In this document: positions 31,323-41,596 of the stretch, piece after piece
How the letters are laid out: every line of letters begins with the position of its first letter
How positions within the stretch are numbered: the stretch's first letter is position 1
Source: Kiritimatiellia bacterium
GTDB lineage: Bacteria > Verrucomicrobiota > Kiritimatiellia > RFP12 > UBA1067
DNA length: 64,000 nucleotides
Direction: 5' to 3'
NCBI GenBank assembly: GCA_050949565.1
Contig: JBMNFY010000017.1
Coordinates: 1,440,001 to 1,504,000 of the forward strand
Translations under genes and position numbers: made by a program
Notes under the pieces: generated by a model
Seen by the model: the letters and a program-made list of their open reading frames with translations, nothing else
What the model was told of the DNA's origin: nothing
Database searches by the model: none

Positions 31323-33010
31323 TTCGTTTCGGTATCCTTCGCGGCTGCTTCGGCCAACGTCGCCTCGATTGTAAACTCAATCAAATACGCCTCGATATCC
31401 TTCTGGCCGGTGATTTTGACATCTTTCGGTCCATTGCCGAACACTGGCTGCGTCTTCAGACGGTCGCGCAACACCTCCAACGCTGTCGCACTGCGTCCGG
31501 CTTCGCGCTCTTTCTCCTCGACCGCCTTGAGCTTGTCCACCCAACCGCGTCCGACAATGCGCAATCCGGTCACAACGCCGCCCTCGTCCTTGATCGGCAC
31601 CAGTTCGGTGAGCCAGACCCCATCCAGCAGGCTTTTGCGCACGGCGTCCACGCGTTTCAGCCATGCCGTCCGCTGCAAGATCACGTCTCGCATCGCCTCG
31701 GCCTTCTTCGCGACCTCTCCTTCGGCAGCCTGCGCCTTGTTGAGCCGGGCCAGATCGCCCTTGCGCACGTCCAGCGCCGCGTTCACCTGCGCGCTCTGGG
31801 CATGGTAGAGTTCTGCGAGTTGCTTGGCGTGCACCGCCCAGATGAACAGGCAGAGCAACACGCCGGCCGCCGCCAGAGCAAAGTACGGCACGCGCTTCTT
31901 GAACGACTTGCGCTTCACGATCTCGGGCGGCATCAGGTTGATTTCAACCGGACACGCCAACGAGCGGCGCAGCGCCAATCCCACGCTCTCGGCCAACACG
32001 AAGGCGTCTATGCTAACCCGGTCGCTATTGATCCGGTTGCTGATCCCGACGTTCTCAAACGGGTTGAGGTAGGTGACCTCAATCTGCAACTTGTCGTGAA
32101 AGAAGGTGTCCAGATGCGGCATAACCGACGAACCACCCGTCAGGAACATCCGGACCGGTGCGTTGCCGCCCTGCTGGCTACGATAAAAGTTAACGGAACG
32201 ATTGATTTCGGCGTGCAGACGCGTCACCACGTTGCGCACGATTTTCGAAACCCGCTCGGATGTCTCGTCCTCCGAGACGGTCACCCCGCCCAGCGATACG
32301 AAAGCAACCTGCCGTTTCAATGCCTCGGCCTCTTCAAAGGAAATCTGGAAGCTCTTGGCGACCTCTTGCGTGATGGCATTACCGGCCACCGGGATGCAGC
32401 GGGTGTAAATTTTCTCGTCTTCAATAAAAATCAGATTGGTCGAACGCGAACCGATATCAAGCAACACCGTGCAGCCGTCCAACTGCGAGTAGTTGTAGCG
32501 CAGGCAGTTGTAGAGCGCCATCGGTGCCACATCGACGACCTCGGGCTCCAGCCCCATCTCCACGATGCGGTCGGTAATCTCGCGGACGTTCTCGGTCTTG
32601 GCCGCGACGATCATCGCACACTGCTCGCCCATTGTGGCGTCGCCGATGAACTGGTGGTTCCAAACGATCTCGCTCATCGGGAACGGGACGTTCTGCTCCA
32701 CCTCGTACTGCACCATCTGGAGCAGTTTGTCCTCGGCGACGGCAGGCAACCGCACGAAACGCGGAAATACCATCTGACCGGAGAGCGAGAGCATCAGCGG
32801 CGCGGGGCGGATCCCGCATGTCTTCATGATCTCGCGGATAGCGGACTCCAGATTCGGACCAACACCTGTGTCGGTCTCCGGATTGCCTCCCACCTCGGCC
32901 ATGCCGTAGTTGGTCAGCTCCGGCGCGCGCCCGCTCCTGACGGCGAATTCGGCCAATACAACTTTGCTCGCGCCCACATTGAGCGCGAGGATACGATCAG
33001 ACGAGAACAC
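31319..33010 (-). CDS. pilM: PilM-like actin-fold protein with fused PilN-like C-terminus (Amuc_1101-like)
   Basis: LNVGAS, EQNVPFP, LLDIGSRSTNL, EINRSVNFY, LTGGSS, then INLMP plus a TM helix (PilN-type). Confidence 0.88.
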   Translation of the reverse strand: MFSSDRILALNVGASKVVLAEFAVRSGRAPELTNYGMAEVGGNPETDTGVGPNLESAIREIMKTCGIRPAPLMLSLSGQMVFPRFVRLPAVAEDKLLQMVQYEVEQNVPFPMSEIVWNHQFIGDATMGEQCAMIVAAKTENVREITDRIVEMGLEPEVVDVAPMALYNCLRYNYSQLDGCTVLLDIGSRSTNLIFIEDEKIYTRCIPVAGNAITQEVAKSFQISFEEAEALKRQVAFVSLGGVTVSEDETSERVSKIVRNVVTRLHAEINRSVNFYRSQQGGNAPVRMFLTGGSSVMPHLDTFFHDKLQIEVTYLNPFENVGISNRINSDRVSIDAFVLAESVGLALRRSLACPVEINLMPPEIVKRKSFKKRVPYFALAAAGVLLCLFIWAVHAKQLAELYHAQSAQVNAALDVRKGDLARLNKAQAAEGEVAKKAEAMRDVILQRTAWLKRVDAVRKSLLDGVWLTELVPIKDEGGVVTGLRIVGRGWVDKLKAVEEKEREAGRSATALEVLRDRLKTQPVFGNGPKDVKITGQKDIEAYLIEFTIEATLAEAAAKDTETK

Positions 33011-33696
33011 TATTGCACCACCTCGTAATCGTCCGGGTTAACCAAGGCAAACGGCGTCTTCGAACGCTCCAACAGCCCTGGGCGCCGGACCAAGAACGGA
33101 TTGCCAGCCGCATCGCGCCTGTCCATCACGTTGGTGTCGCGCCACCACTCCTGCGGCAGTTGAATGCCGGTGGCCAGCGCCTCGCTGGCCACCACCTTAC
33201 CGTCCTTACCGGAAATTTCGAGTGCGATCGCGACCGGCTCGCCGTAGCGTTCCACGAGACTCGGCGGCAGAGCCACGCAACTCATGTGGCTGCCTTTCGG
33301 GATGTCGATGTACTTGACCGTCGCGGTGTAGTAACTGTAAATATCCTTGTTGTCGTCATCGCGGCCCTTGGTCATCACGTGGTAGATGAAGGTCAACTCG
33401 TCGGTCCACTTGGCGGAAGTTTCGTACCTCACCTCGAAGAGCGCCCACTCGCGCGGCCTGCGGCTGACTCTGGGCTGGACGTTGTTCACCGAATAGTTGA
33501 ACTCGGGGGTTCTCACCATCGCCGTCTTGCCCGGCGGCGGGAAGCGCGTAATCTTGACCGTCTCCTCTTTCTTGGCCGTGGCCTGCGTAGCCGTACGCTG
33601 ACTCAGCCGCCCGACCTGAGCCACAGCAGACTCAGCCAGACAGAAGAGGGCTGCTACCACACACACCGTTCGCAGAAACGTTTGCTCTCTTTTCAT
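33010..33696 (-). CDS. Amuc_1102-like secreted pilus-system protein
   Basis: Signal peptide, W..FEV.Y...WTDELTF.Y pattern, first gene of the operon. Confidence 0.6.
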   Translation of the reverse strand: MKREQTFLRTVCVVAALFCLAESAVAQVGRLSQRTATQATAKKEETVKITRFPPPGKTAMVRTPEFNYSVNNVQPRVSRRPREWALFEVRYETSAKWTDELTFIYHVMTKGRDDDNKDIYSYYTATVKYIDIPKGSHMSCVALPPSLVERYGEPVAIALEISGKDGKVVASEALATGIQLPQEWWRDTNVMDRRDAAGNPFLVRRPGLLERSKTPFALVNPDDYEVVQ

Positions 33697-33982
33697 GTCG
33701 ACGATCTCCAATCCGGGCCGAGGGAACCATCCTCTCTACGTCACCCTTTTATCATTTAGCACATCCAATTTAATCACATGCGGCGCAGAATGCAACACAG
33801 AAACACAAATTTTTTCAGGAAATTTTTTCAAGGGCATAACTCCTAACTCCTAAATCCTAACTCCTAAATCTTCCTTGGAAGGAGATATCGCATTGCCTCC
33901 AGGGCGGTTTACGTGCCATAATCCCGCCTCACACATGCCGCATGGTCCCGGATGGTCGGGACAACGGCCTGAAGACACAGCT

Positions 33983-34453
33983 ATGATCGCCGATCTCAAT
34001 CCGCTTCATTATTTTACCACCCCTTGGTTCTGGTCCTCTTTCATCGGTTGGACCCTCGCCCAATCGATCAAGATGACCGTCGGCTTTGTCCGGACCCGGA
34101 AGATTGATTTCCGCTACCTGCTCAGCACCGGCGGCATGCCCAGCGCCCACTCTGCCATGGTCTGCGGCCTCTGCACGTCGGTCGGCCTGACCGAGGGATT
34201 CGACTCGCCGGTCGCCGCGCTCGCGCTCGGCATCGCCGCCATCACAATGTTCGACGCCACCAATGTCCGGCGTGCCGCCGGCCATCAGGCGCGCGTGCTC
34301 AACGTGATGATCGAGGAGCTGTTCAAAGAGCATAAGCTACGCCACACGCGCCTCAAGGAATTACTCGGCCACACGCGCAAAGAGGTCTTTGCCGGTATGC
34401 TCGTCGGCATCGCGGTGGCGCTGCTGGTCGTGCACTTCTGGCCGGCCGCGTAA
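33983..34453 (+). CDS. Divergent PAP2 family protein (DUF212)
   Basis: GGMPSAHSA, FDA..VRRAAG.QA, LKELLGHT..EV. Confidence 0.92.
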   Translation: MIADLNPLHYFTTPWFWSSFIGWTLAQSIKMTVGFVRTRKIDFRYLLSTGGMPSAHSAMVCGLCTSVGLTEGFDSPVAALALGIAAITMFDATNVRRAAGHQARVLNVMIEELFKEHKLRHTRLKELLGHTRKEVFAGMLVGIAVALLVVHFWPAA

Positions 34454-34468
34454 GGCGCTGCTCGGTTT

Positions 34469-34945
34469 AACCACAGAGGCACGGAGGCACAGAGGTTTTT
34501 TGGAGCAACTAAGGGGCAGGTAATTAGACGACCACAAGAGGTTCAAGGGTTCAAGGGTTCAAGAGGTTCATCGGGATCGGGATCGCTATCGGGATCGGAC
34601 AGAACAGACAAAAACAGCGCAGCACTTTTACTCTCGCGGCTGCGGGGCGCTGCGTGGCCCAACAAAGAGAGGCTGACCCGCGACATTCGACCCGCGACCT
34701 GCGGCGGTAGCGATACCGATACCGATAGCGATACCGATAGCGAACTAATGCGGGCGGAGCCCGCAACCCAATTCTTACCACGAAGTCACGAAGGAACACG
34801 AGGGGTCCAAAAACCTCTGTGCCTCCGTGTCTCCGTGGTTCAACAAAAACTCCTAAATCCTTGTCTATAAATTGACAGGATTACATGATTTACATGATTT
34901 TCAGGATTGAATAACATCATGTTAATCATGTAATCATGTCCTAAA
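34469..34945. repeat. Nested inverted-repeat mosaic
   Basis: Outer IR 34469-34504 / 34806-34840; inner IR 34570-34597 / 34711-34743; further hairpin and short tandem modules. Confidence 0.85.
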
Positions 34946-34992
34946 CTTACTCCATGGTTTTTTCGTGGCGAAGCCACGCGGCAGGCTAACTC

Positions 34993-36594
34993 CTAAATCC
35001 GCGCGCTGCGAGGCTGCGCGGCCGCGCGGGTTTCGAAGAGCTTGTGCTCGATGCTGTCCAGCAACGCTTGCCACGACGCCTCGATAATGTTTTCGGAGAC
35101 GCCCACAGTGCTCCACTGGCGTGTGCCGTCGCCGGACTCGATCAGTACGCGCGTCACCGCCCGGGTCGCCTCTTCCGGATCAAGGATGCGCACCCGGTAG
35201 TCCGTCAGCGCGATCTGCTCGATCTCAGGATAGAAGCGCGTCAGGGCCTGGCGTAGCGCCGCGTTGAGCGCGTCAACCGGACCCTGCCCTTCGCCGGCCG
35301 TCAGCCCGGTCACGCCGCCGACCTTGATCTTGACCGTGGCTTCAGAGAGGCACGGCTCTTCGTTGCCGCGCTTCTCGACAATCACGCGGAAGCCCTCTAA
35401 CTCGAAGAAGGGATGGTGCTGGTTGAGCACTTTCTGCAGCAGGATCTTAAAGGAGCCATCCGCCGACTCGTAGGAATAGCCCTGCTCCTCGCGCCGCTTG
35501 ACCTCGTCCAGAATCGCCCGCGCCCGCTCTTTGTCCAATCCGCTGAAATCGGTGCCCAACTCGGCGGCCTTCATCATCACGTTGGACGCGCCCGATAATT
35601 CGGAGACCAGCACATGGCGCTGATTGCCCACCGCCTCGGGGGCGATGTGCTCGAAGGTGCGCGTGTTTTTCTGGATGGCATTGACATGCGCGCCCGCCTT
35701 GTGACTGAAGGCTGAGCGTCCCGTGTAAGGCTGACGCGGGTCCGGCCGCTGATTGGCCAGGTCGTCGGTCACCAGTGAAACCTCGCGCAGCCGGCGCAGC
35801 CGCTCGGCGCCCACGCACTCAAACCCCATCTTCAGTTCGAGCGCGGGGATGATCGTGGTCATGTTGGCGTTACCGGTGCGTTCGCCGTAGCCGTTGATGC
35901 AGCCCTGCACCTGACGCGCACCGGCACGCACGGCTTCCAGCGAACTGGCCACCGCCAACCCGCCGTCATTGTGCGTATGGATGCCGACCTGCGCATCGGG
36001 CAATGCCGCGCACACTGCCTGTGTGATCGTGAAAACCTCGTGCGGCAGGGTACCGCCGTTGGTATCGCAGAGCACCACACCAGCGGCCCCCTCGCGCATC
36101 GCCATCTGTAGCGTGTTCAGCGCATATTCTGGATCATCCTTGTAGCCATCGAAAAAATGCTCGGCATCAAAAAACACGCTCCGCCCCGCCGCCCGCAGGA
36201 AACCCACGGTGTCGGCGATCATCTGCAAGTTGTTCTCGCCGGTGGTGCGTAGCACATCGCGCACGTGCATCAGCCATGATTTGCCGTAGATCGTGACCCA
36301 CTCGGTCTCTGCCGCCAGCAGGCCGGCGAGTTGCGGGTCGCCCTGCGCGTCCAGATCCACGCGCCGCGTGCTGCCGAACGCGACGATGCGGGCGTGCGAC
36401 AATTGCTCCTTGCGGATGTCGTCGAAAAAACGGCGGTCACGCGGGTTTGACCCCGCAAACCCTCCCTCGATAAAATCGACCCCGAACTCATCCAGCAGAT
36501 GCGCGAAACGCACCTTGGCTGTATCCGAGAAGGAGATGCCCTCGCCCTGCGCCCCGTCGCGCAGCGTCGTGTCGTAGATGTAGACTTTTTCCAT
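34993..36594 (-). CDS. cimA: Citramalate synthase
   Basis: DTTLRDGAQGEG, FFDAEHFFDG, LCDTNGG, HTHND, GERTGNA, AFSHKAGAH, GPVDAL. Confidence 0.93.
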   Translation of the reverse strand: MEKVYIYDTTLRDGAQGEGISFSDTAKVRFAHLLDEFGVDFIEGGFAGSNPRDRRFFDDIRKEQLSHARIVAFGSTRRVDLDAQGDPQLAGLLAAETEWVTIYGKSWLMHVRDVLRTTGENNLQMIADTVGFLRAAGRSVFFDAEHFFDGYKDDPEYALNTLQMAMREGAAGVVLCDTNGGTLPHEVFTITQAVCAALPDAQVGIHTHNDGGLAVASSLEAVRAGARQVQGCINGYGERTGNANMTTIIPALELKMGFECVGAERLRRLREVSLVTDDLANQRPDPRQPYTGRSAFSHKAGAHVNAIQKNTRTFEHIAPEAVGNQRHVLVSELSGASNVMMKAAELGTDFSGLDKERARAILDEVKRREEQGYSYESADGSFKILLQKVLNQHHPFFELEGFRVIVEKRGNEEPCLSEATVKIKVGGVTGLTAGEGQGPVDALNAALRQALTRFYPEIEQIALTDYRVRILDPEEATRAVTRVLIESGDGTRQWSTVGVSENIIEASWQALLDSIEHKLFETRAAAQPRSARI

Positions 36595-36608
36595 AGGCTT
36601 CGCCCGCG

Positions 36609-37961
36609 TCAGAAGAACGCTTTGTAGAGCGCTTGCACGGCCTTGGCGCGCTGCTCGGCTTTGACGCCGAACATCATGCTGATTTCGGAAGAGCCCTGGT
36701 TCATCATCTCAATGTTGACCCCGGCGTCGGAGAGCGCCCGGGTGGCCTTGGCGGCCATGCCCACTGTGTAGTAGAGCCCCTCGCCCACCACCATGATCAA
36801 CGCATAGCCGCGTTCGACCAGCACAGCGTCAGGGTTGAGGTCACGCTTGATGCGCTCCACCACGCGGCGCTCGCACTCCGGACTGAAGTTCTTGTCGCGG
36901 ATCACCACGGAGACGTTGTCGATACCCGAGGGCATGTGTTCGTATGAGACGCCTTCCCACTCCAGGATCTGCAACAGGTGACGCCCGAAACCAACCTCGC
37001 GGTTCATCATGTACTTGTCGACAAAGATGTTGCAGAAGCCGTCGTCGCTCGCGATGCCCACGACACATCCCGCCAGCACACGGCGCGTCTGCACGATCAT
37101 CGTGCCCGGCTCTTCGGGCCGGTTGGTGTTGCGCACGTTGATCGGCACGCCGGCCTTGATCGCCGGGACGACCGCCTCGTCGTGGAAAACACCGAACCCG
37201 GCATAGGAAAGCTCACGCATCTCACGGTAGGTCATCACCGGTATCCCGGACTTGACCTCCGGCACCAGACGCGGGTCGACCGGATAGACCGAGTCGACAT
37301 CCGTGAAATTCTCGTAGACACTGGCCTTGACCGCCGCCGCCAAGATCGCTCCGGTAATGTCCGAACCGCCACGCGGGAAGGTCGCCACCTGGCCCTCTTT
37401 TGTATAACCGAAAAACCCGGGGAAGATCACCAGCTCATCATGGTCGATCAACGTCTTGGCGATGTTCTGATACGATTCGTCAAGCAGCCGCGCGTTGTCG
37501 TAGTCATTCGTCAGATACATGCCGGCATCCTGGGGGCTCATATACGTCGCACGCGCGCCGCGTGACTGGAAGGCCTGGGCCACCAGCTTGGCGCTGTTAT
37601 CCTCGCCGGCCGCCTTCATGCTGGCCAGAAAAATGCCGCGGTGCGACTTGTCGCCCGCCAGGCGGAAGCGCAGGTCTTTTTCGATTTCGGCGGTGATGCC
37701 GTCCGGCAGACCCAACTCACGCTGGATTTCAGCATAGCGTTCCACAATAGCGGCGAGTGCCGCCTCGTAATCTCCGTCCACCAGCGCCAGTTCAGCGCAC
37801 GCCATCAGCAGATCGGTGACCTTGACGTCGTCCTTTGTGCGTTTGCCTGGTGCCGACACGACCACGATGCGGCGCTCCGGATCGGCCAGCACGATATCCA
37901 CAATCTTGGCCACTTGCTCCGCGTTGGCGAGTGATGTCCCGCCGAATTTACATACCTTCAT
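36609..37961 (-). CDS. lysC: Aspartate kinase
   Basis: KFGGTSLA, VVSAPGKR, RGGSDITGA, TDVD, two ACT domains. Confidence 0.92.
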   Translation of the reverse strand: MKVCKFGGTSLANAEQVAKIVDIVLADPERRIVVVSAPGKRTKDDVKVTDLLMACAELALVDGDYEAALAAIVERYAEIQRELGLPDGITAEIEKDLRFRLAGDKSHRGIFLASMKAAGEDNSAKLVAQAFQSRGARATYMSPQDAGMYLTNDYDNARLLDESYQNIAKTLIDHDELVIFPGFFGYTKEGQVATFPRGGSDITGAILAAAVKASVYENFTDVDSVYPVDPRLVPEVKSGIPVMTYREMRELSYAGFGVFHDEAVVPAIKAGVPINVRNTNRPEEPGTMIVQTRRVLAGCVVGIASDDGFCNIFVDKYMMNREVGFGRHLLQILEWEGVSYEHMPSGIDNVSVVIRDKNFSPECERRVVERIKRDLNPDAVLVERGYALIMVVGEGLYYTVGMAAKATRALSDAGVNIEMMNQGSSEISMMFGVKAEQRAKAVQALYKAFF

Positions 37962-37981
37962 CGCCACATCCACTCCCTCTG

Positions 37982-39289
37982 CTAGATCATTCTCAGTTTA
38001 ACCGGCTCTTCATTCAGTACGCCCGCGGCCCGGATTTCGCGCAGCGCCGCGTCCATCTCTGCGCCTTTAGCCGGATGTGTCAGGATCACCACCGGCACAT
38101 ATCCGGCATCGGCCGCCAACTCAGCGGGCGGCTCTTGCTGCGTGGCCGCCAGGATGCTCACGCCGTGACGGCCGAGAATGGTCGTCATCGTGCCCAGCGA
38201 ACCGGCCTTGTCCAGCACCATCAACCGCACGTAGTAGCGGCTGACAATCTCTGCGGCGGGGCGCACGCGCAACTGACCCTGATTGGCCGTACACACGCCG
38301 CGCCGATAGCGCGACCGGCCCGACATCAGGTTGCGCGCGATGTCGCCGATATCGCCGATCACGGTGCTGGCCGTAGGTTCGCGTCCGGCCCCGCGCCCGT
38401 AATAGAGCGTATCGCCGCTGAGGTCGCCGTGCACCATCGCCGCGTTGAACACTTGGTTCACCGAAGCCAGCATGTGCGTGAGCGGCACCAGCGTGGGATG
38501 CACGCGCACCTCCACCTCGCCGGCATCGCGCTTGACCACGGCCAGCAGCTTGATGCGGTATCCGAACCCGGCCGCGAATTTGACGTCCATGCCCGACAGA
38601 TTGCGGATGCCCTCCACCAGCACCTGATCCAGCGGCACGTGAAAGCCGTACGCCAGCGAAGCCAGAATGACCGCCTTGTGCGCCGTATCCAGCCCATCGA
38701 TATCCAAGGCTGGATCGGCTTCGGCATAACCGGCCTTCTGCGCCTCTTTCAACACTTTGGCAAACGGCAACCCCTCGCGCTCCATGCGTGTCAGGATGTA
38801 ATTGCAGGTGCCGTTGAGAATCCCGTGGATGCTCTGGATCTCATTGCCCGCCAGCCCCTCGCGCAACACGCGGATGATCGGGATGCCGCCGCCCACGCTC
38901 GCACCGAAATAGATGTCTACGCCGTTCTTCTCGGCGGCGCCGAAAATCTCCTCGCCGCATTCAGCCAGCAGCTTCTTGTTGGCCGTGACCACCGACTTGC
39001 CGGCATTCAGCGCGGCCAGCACGAAGGTTTTAGCCACACCGGTGCCGCCGATGAGTTCCACGACGATCTGGATGGCGGGGTCATTGATGATCGTCATCGC
39101 GTCGGTCGTCAGCAACGCAGGATCGACCTTCACACCACGGTCAGTCGTGATGTCGACATCCGCGATACGCTTGAGCACGGTCTCAACGCCCAGCCGCTGC
39201 GCCATCACCTTGCGGTTGCGCTGCAGGCCGTCCACGACGCCCGCGCCCACAGTCCCGAATCCGATAAGCCCTACACCGATCTGCTTCAT
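37982..39289 (-). CDS. hom: Homoserine dehydrogenase with ACT domain
   Basis: GFGTVG, VVTANK, GGGIP, GILNGTCNYIL, GYAEADP, YGRGAG. Confidence 0.96.
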   Translation of the reverse strand: MKQIGVGLIGFGTVGAGVVDGLQRNRKVMAQRLGVETVLKRIADVDITTDRGVKVDPALLTTDAMTIINDPAIQIVVELIGGTGVAKTFVLAALNAGKSVVTANKKLLAECGEEIFGAAEKNGVDIYFGASVGGGIPIIRVLREGLAGNEIQSIHGILNGTCNYILTRMEREGLPFAKVLKEAQKAGYAEADPALDIDGLDTAHKAVILASLAYGFHVPLDQVLVEGIRNLSGMDVKFAAGFGYRIKLLAVVKRDAGEVEVRVHPTLVPLTHMLASVNQVFNAAMVHGDLSGDTLYYGRGAGREPTASTVIGDIGDIARNLMSGRSRYRRGVCTANQGQLRVRPAAEIVSRYYVRLMVLDKAGSLGTMTTILGRHGVSILAATQQEPPAELAADAGYVPVVILTHPAKGAEMDAALREIRAAGVLNEEPVKLRMI

Positions 39290-39387
39290 ACCCTTTGCCT
39301 TCCTGTGGCTGTCAAAAAAACGAAGGCTATAGGGTAGTAAAAAACAGGAAGAGGAACAAGCTTAAGACGAAGCCGAAGATCGGTTAG

Positions 39388-39670
39388 CCTAAAAAGAGCA
39401 GTTGAACCGTCAACTCTCTTTGGTTTCTGGTTTCAAGGCTTCATGGTTTCATCCAAATCGGGATCGGGATCGCTATCGGGATCGATTGTTTAACCACGGA
39501 ACACACCGAACACACGGAAAGGCATGGCTCTGTTTCCGTGTGTTTAGTGTGTTCCGTGGTTCCAATCAGAAATTGCGTTCTGCACCAAACAGGTGCGGCG
39601 AGGATCGCGATGAAAGCCAATGTTTACGCGGCTTTGCTCAAAATCCGTACGCCCAACTGCCGTTTTTAGG
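39388..39670. mobile_element. 283-bp MITE with 17-bp terminal inverted repeats and 5-bp target duplication
   Basis: cctaaaaagagcagttg (39388-39404) versus caactgccgtttttagg (39654-39670), 15/17 match; GTTAG on both sides (39383-39387, 39671-39675). Confidence 0.75.
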
Positions 39671-40170
39671 GTTAGTGACAGGGGGTGCGAGTCGGGCGTT
39701 TCTGGTGAAAAGGGGGGCAGGGAGTCGGGAGCGTGGGCGTCCTCGCCCGCAACAACGTGTCTCGCAAAAGGCTGATGCTTACACATACTCGTTTTTAGGT
39801 TTTTTGACAGGATTTACATGATTAACATGATTTGACAACACTAAGGGACAGGTGTTTTGGCCACGCTAAAAATGCCCAAGTTATGGGCAAGGAAAGGAGC
39901 ACGGACATTCCTGTCCGTGCCACGGGTTGGAAAACCCGTGCCCCTGTTTTAATGCCAAGTTATAGGCAAGACGATTGATTTAGACGATTCTCAAGTGGCG
40001 TGGCTCGCGGAGCGCTGGGAGGGACGAGCGTTGCTCGTCCGGGCGGCGTTTCACGCCGCCACACGGGCAAGATGCCCGTGCCACACAGCCCGGCACCTGC
40101 AACTAGGGGACAGGTATTTAGACCCCCAAAAAACCTTCGTGCCCTTTGTGCCTTTGTGTGAGAAAAAACT
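39671..40170. repeat. Intergenic repeat mosaic
   Basis: Modules shared with the 18637-19027, 34469-34945, 16382-16518 and 2090-2166 regions. Confidence 0.8.
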
Positions 40171-40177
40171 CCTGCCT

Positions 40178-41596
40178 CTAGCCGATTATGTCGAAGCCGA
40201 AGTACCGCACCGCATTGCGGTAGCAGATGTCTTTGACGATCTCGCCGACCCACGGGATGTCGTCGGGAATCCTGCCGTCCGTAATGTCGCCGCCCAGCAG
40301 ATTACAGAGGATGCGGCGGAAGTATTCGTGGCGCGTATAGCTTAGGAAAGAGCGGCTATCCGTCAGCATGCCGACGAAACGGCTGAGCAGCCCGAGTTGC
40401 GAGAGCGCCTCTAACTGGCGCAACATGCCATCGCGCTGATCGTTGAACCACCAGCCGCTGCCGAACTGCATGCGGCCGGCCACCGGACCGCGCTGGAAAT
40501 TGCCGATCATCGTGCCGACCACTTCGTTGTCGCGCGGATTGAGCGTATAGATCACGACGCGCGGCAGGGCGTCTGCCTGCTCCAGCCGGTCAAACAGTCG
40601 CGCCATAGGCACCGCCACGTTCCAGTCGCCGATGCTGTCGAATCCGGTGTCCGGGCCGAGCGCCTCGAACATCCGAGTGTTGTTGTTGCGCAGAGCGCCG
40701 TAGTGGATCTGGGCGCTCCAATCACTGCGCGCGTCCATACTCAGCGCTTCAAACAAAAACGCCGAACGGAACGCGGCGATCTCATCAGCCGTGGCGGTGC
40801 CGCCTTGGCGTACACGCGCGAAGAGTTCGCGGATCGCGGCATCGCGGTAGGGCGTGGCATAGAGCGTATCCAGCCCGTAGTCGGAAAGACAACAACCGTT
40901 CTGCGCAAAGAAGTCGTGGCGCTTCTGCAAAGCGCAGAGCAGGTCGTCCCACGTCGCGACCGGCATGGCTGCGGCGGCGGCGAGCCGATCCAGCCACGCA
41001 TTCCAAAAGGCGGGCCGGTCGATGGCCAGCGCCTTGTCCGGACGCCAGGTGGGCAGAACCTGCACCTCAAAGCCCGAGGCCTTCACCGCCGCATGGTGTT
41101 CGAGCGTGTCACAGGGATCGTCCGTGGTGCAGACCAGCCGCACGTTGCTGCGCGTCATCAGGCCACGCGCGCTGAAAGCGGGCTCTGCCAGACGTTCGGC
41201 GGTCGTCGACCAGACCGCCTCCGCCGTGGCGGGCGTCAGCAGATCGTAAATGTCGAAATAGCGCGCGAGTTCAAGCTGCGACCAATCGAAGAGCGGGTTG
41301 CGCAACAGGTAGGGCATGGTTTCGGCGAACTTCTGGAACTTCTCGCGGTCGGGCGCGTCGCCGGTGATAAAGCGCTCGTCGATCCCGTTGGAGCGCATGG
41401 CGCGCCACTTATAGTGGTCGCCGCCGAGCCACACCTGCGCCATATTCTCCCAGCGCTTGTCTTGCGCGATCTCCGCCGGCGGCAGGTGGCAGTGGTAGTC
41501 AATGATCGGCATCTGCGCGGCGTAGCCGTGATACAACTCGCACGCCGCCGGGCTCTGAAGTAAAAAATCGTCGTGGATAAAAGGTTTTGCAGTCAT
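40178..41596 (-). CDS. uxaC: Glucuronate isomerase
   Basis: PIIDYHCHL, DHYKWRAMR, CTTDDP, GSGWWFNDQ, GMLTDSRSFLSYTRHEYFRRILC. Confidence 0.98.
   Translation of the reverse strand: MTAKPFIHDDFLLQSPAACELYHGYAAQMPIIDYHCHLPPAEIAQDKRWENMAQVWLGGDHYKWRAMRSNGIDERFITGDAPDREKFQKFAETMPYLLRNPLFDWSQLELARYFDIYDLLTPATAEAVWSTTAERLAEPAFSARGLMTRSNVRLVCTTDDPCDTLEHHAAVKASGFEVQVLPTWRPDKALAIDRPAFWNAWLDRLAAAAAMPVATWDDLLCALQKRHDFFAQNGCCLSDYGLDTLYATPYRDAAIRELFARVRQGGTATADEIAAFRSAFLFEALSMDARSDWSAQIHYGALRNNNTRMFEALGPDTGFDSIGDWNVAVPMARLFDRLEQADALPRVVIYTLNPRDNEVVGTMIGNFQRGPVAGRMQFGSGWWFNDQRDGMLRQLEALSQLGLLSRFVGMLTDSRSFLSYTRHEYFRRILCNLLGGDITDGRIPDDIPWVGEIVKDICYRNAVRYFGFDIIG

Noticed and set aside
34551-34799. ORF with RYRYRY / IPIAIP repeats, and similar ORFs at 18496-19058 and 39402-39821
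   Set aside because: These are translations of the non-coding repeat mosaics, with no RBS or family motifs.
39290-39390. Amino-acid riboswitch or attenuator upstream of hom-lysC-cimA
   Set aside because: No leader peptide, T-box or lysine/SAM aptamer features recognised; the upstream DNA is repeat mosaic.
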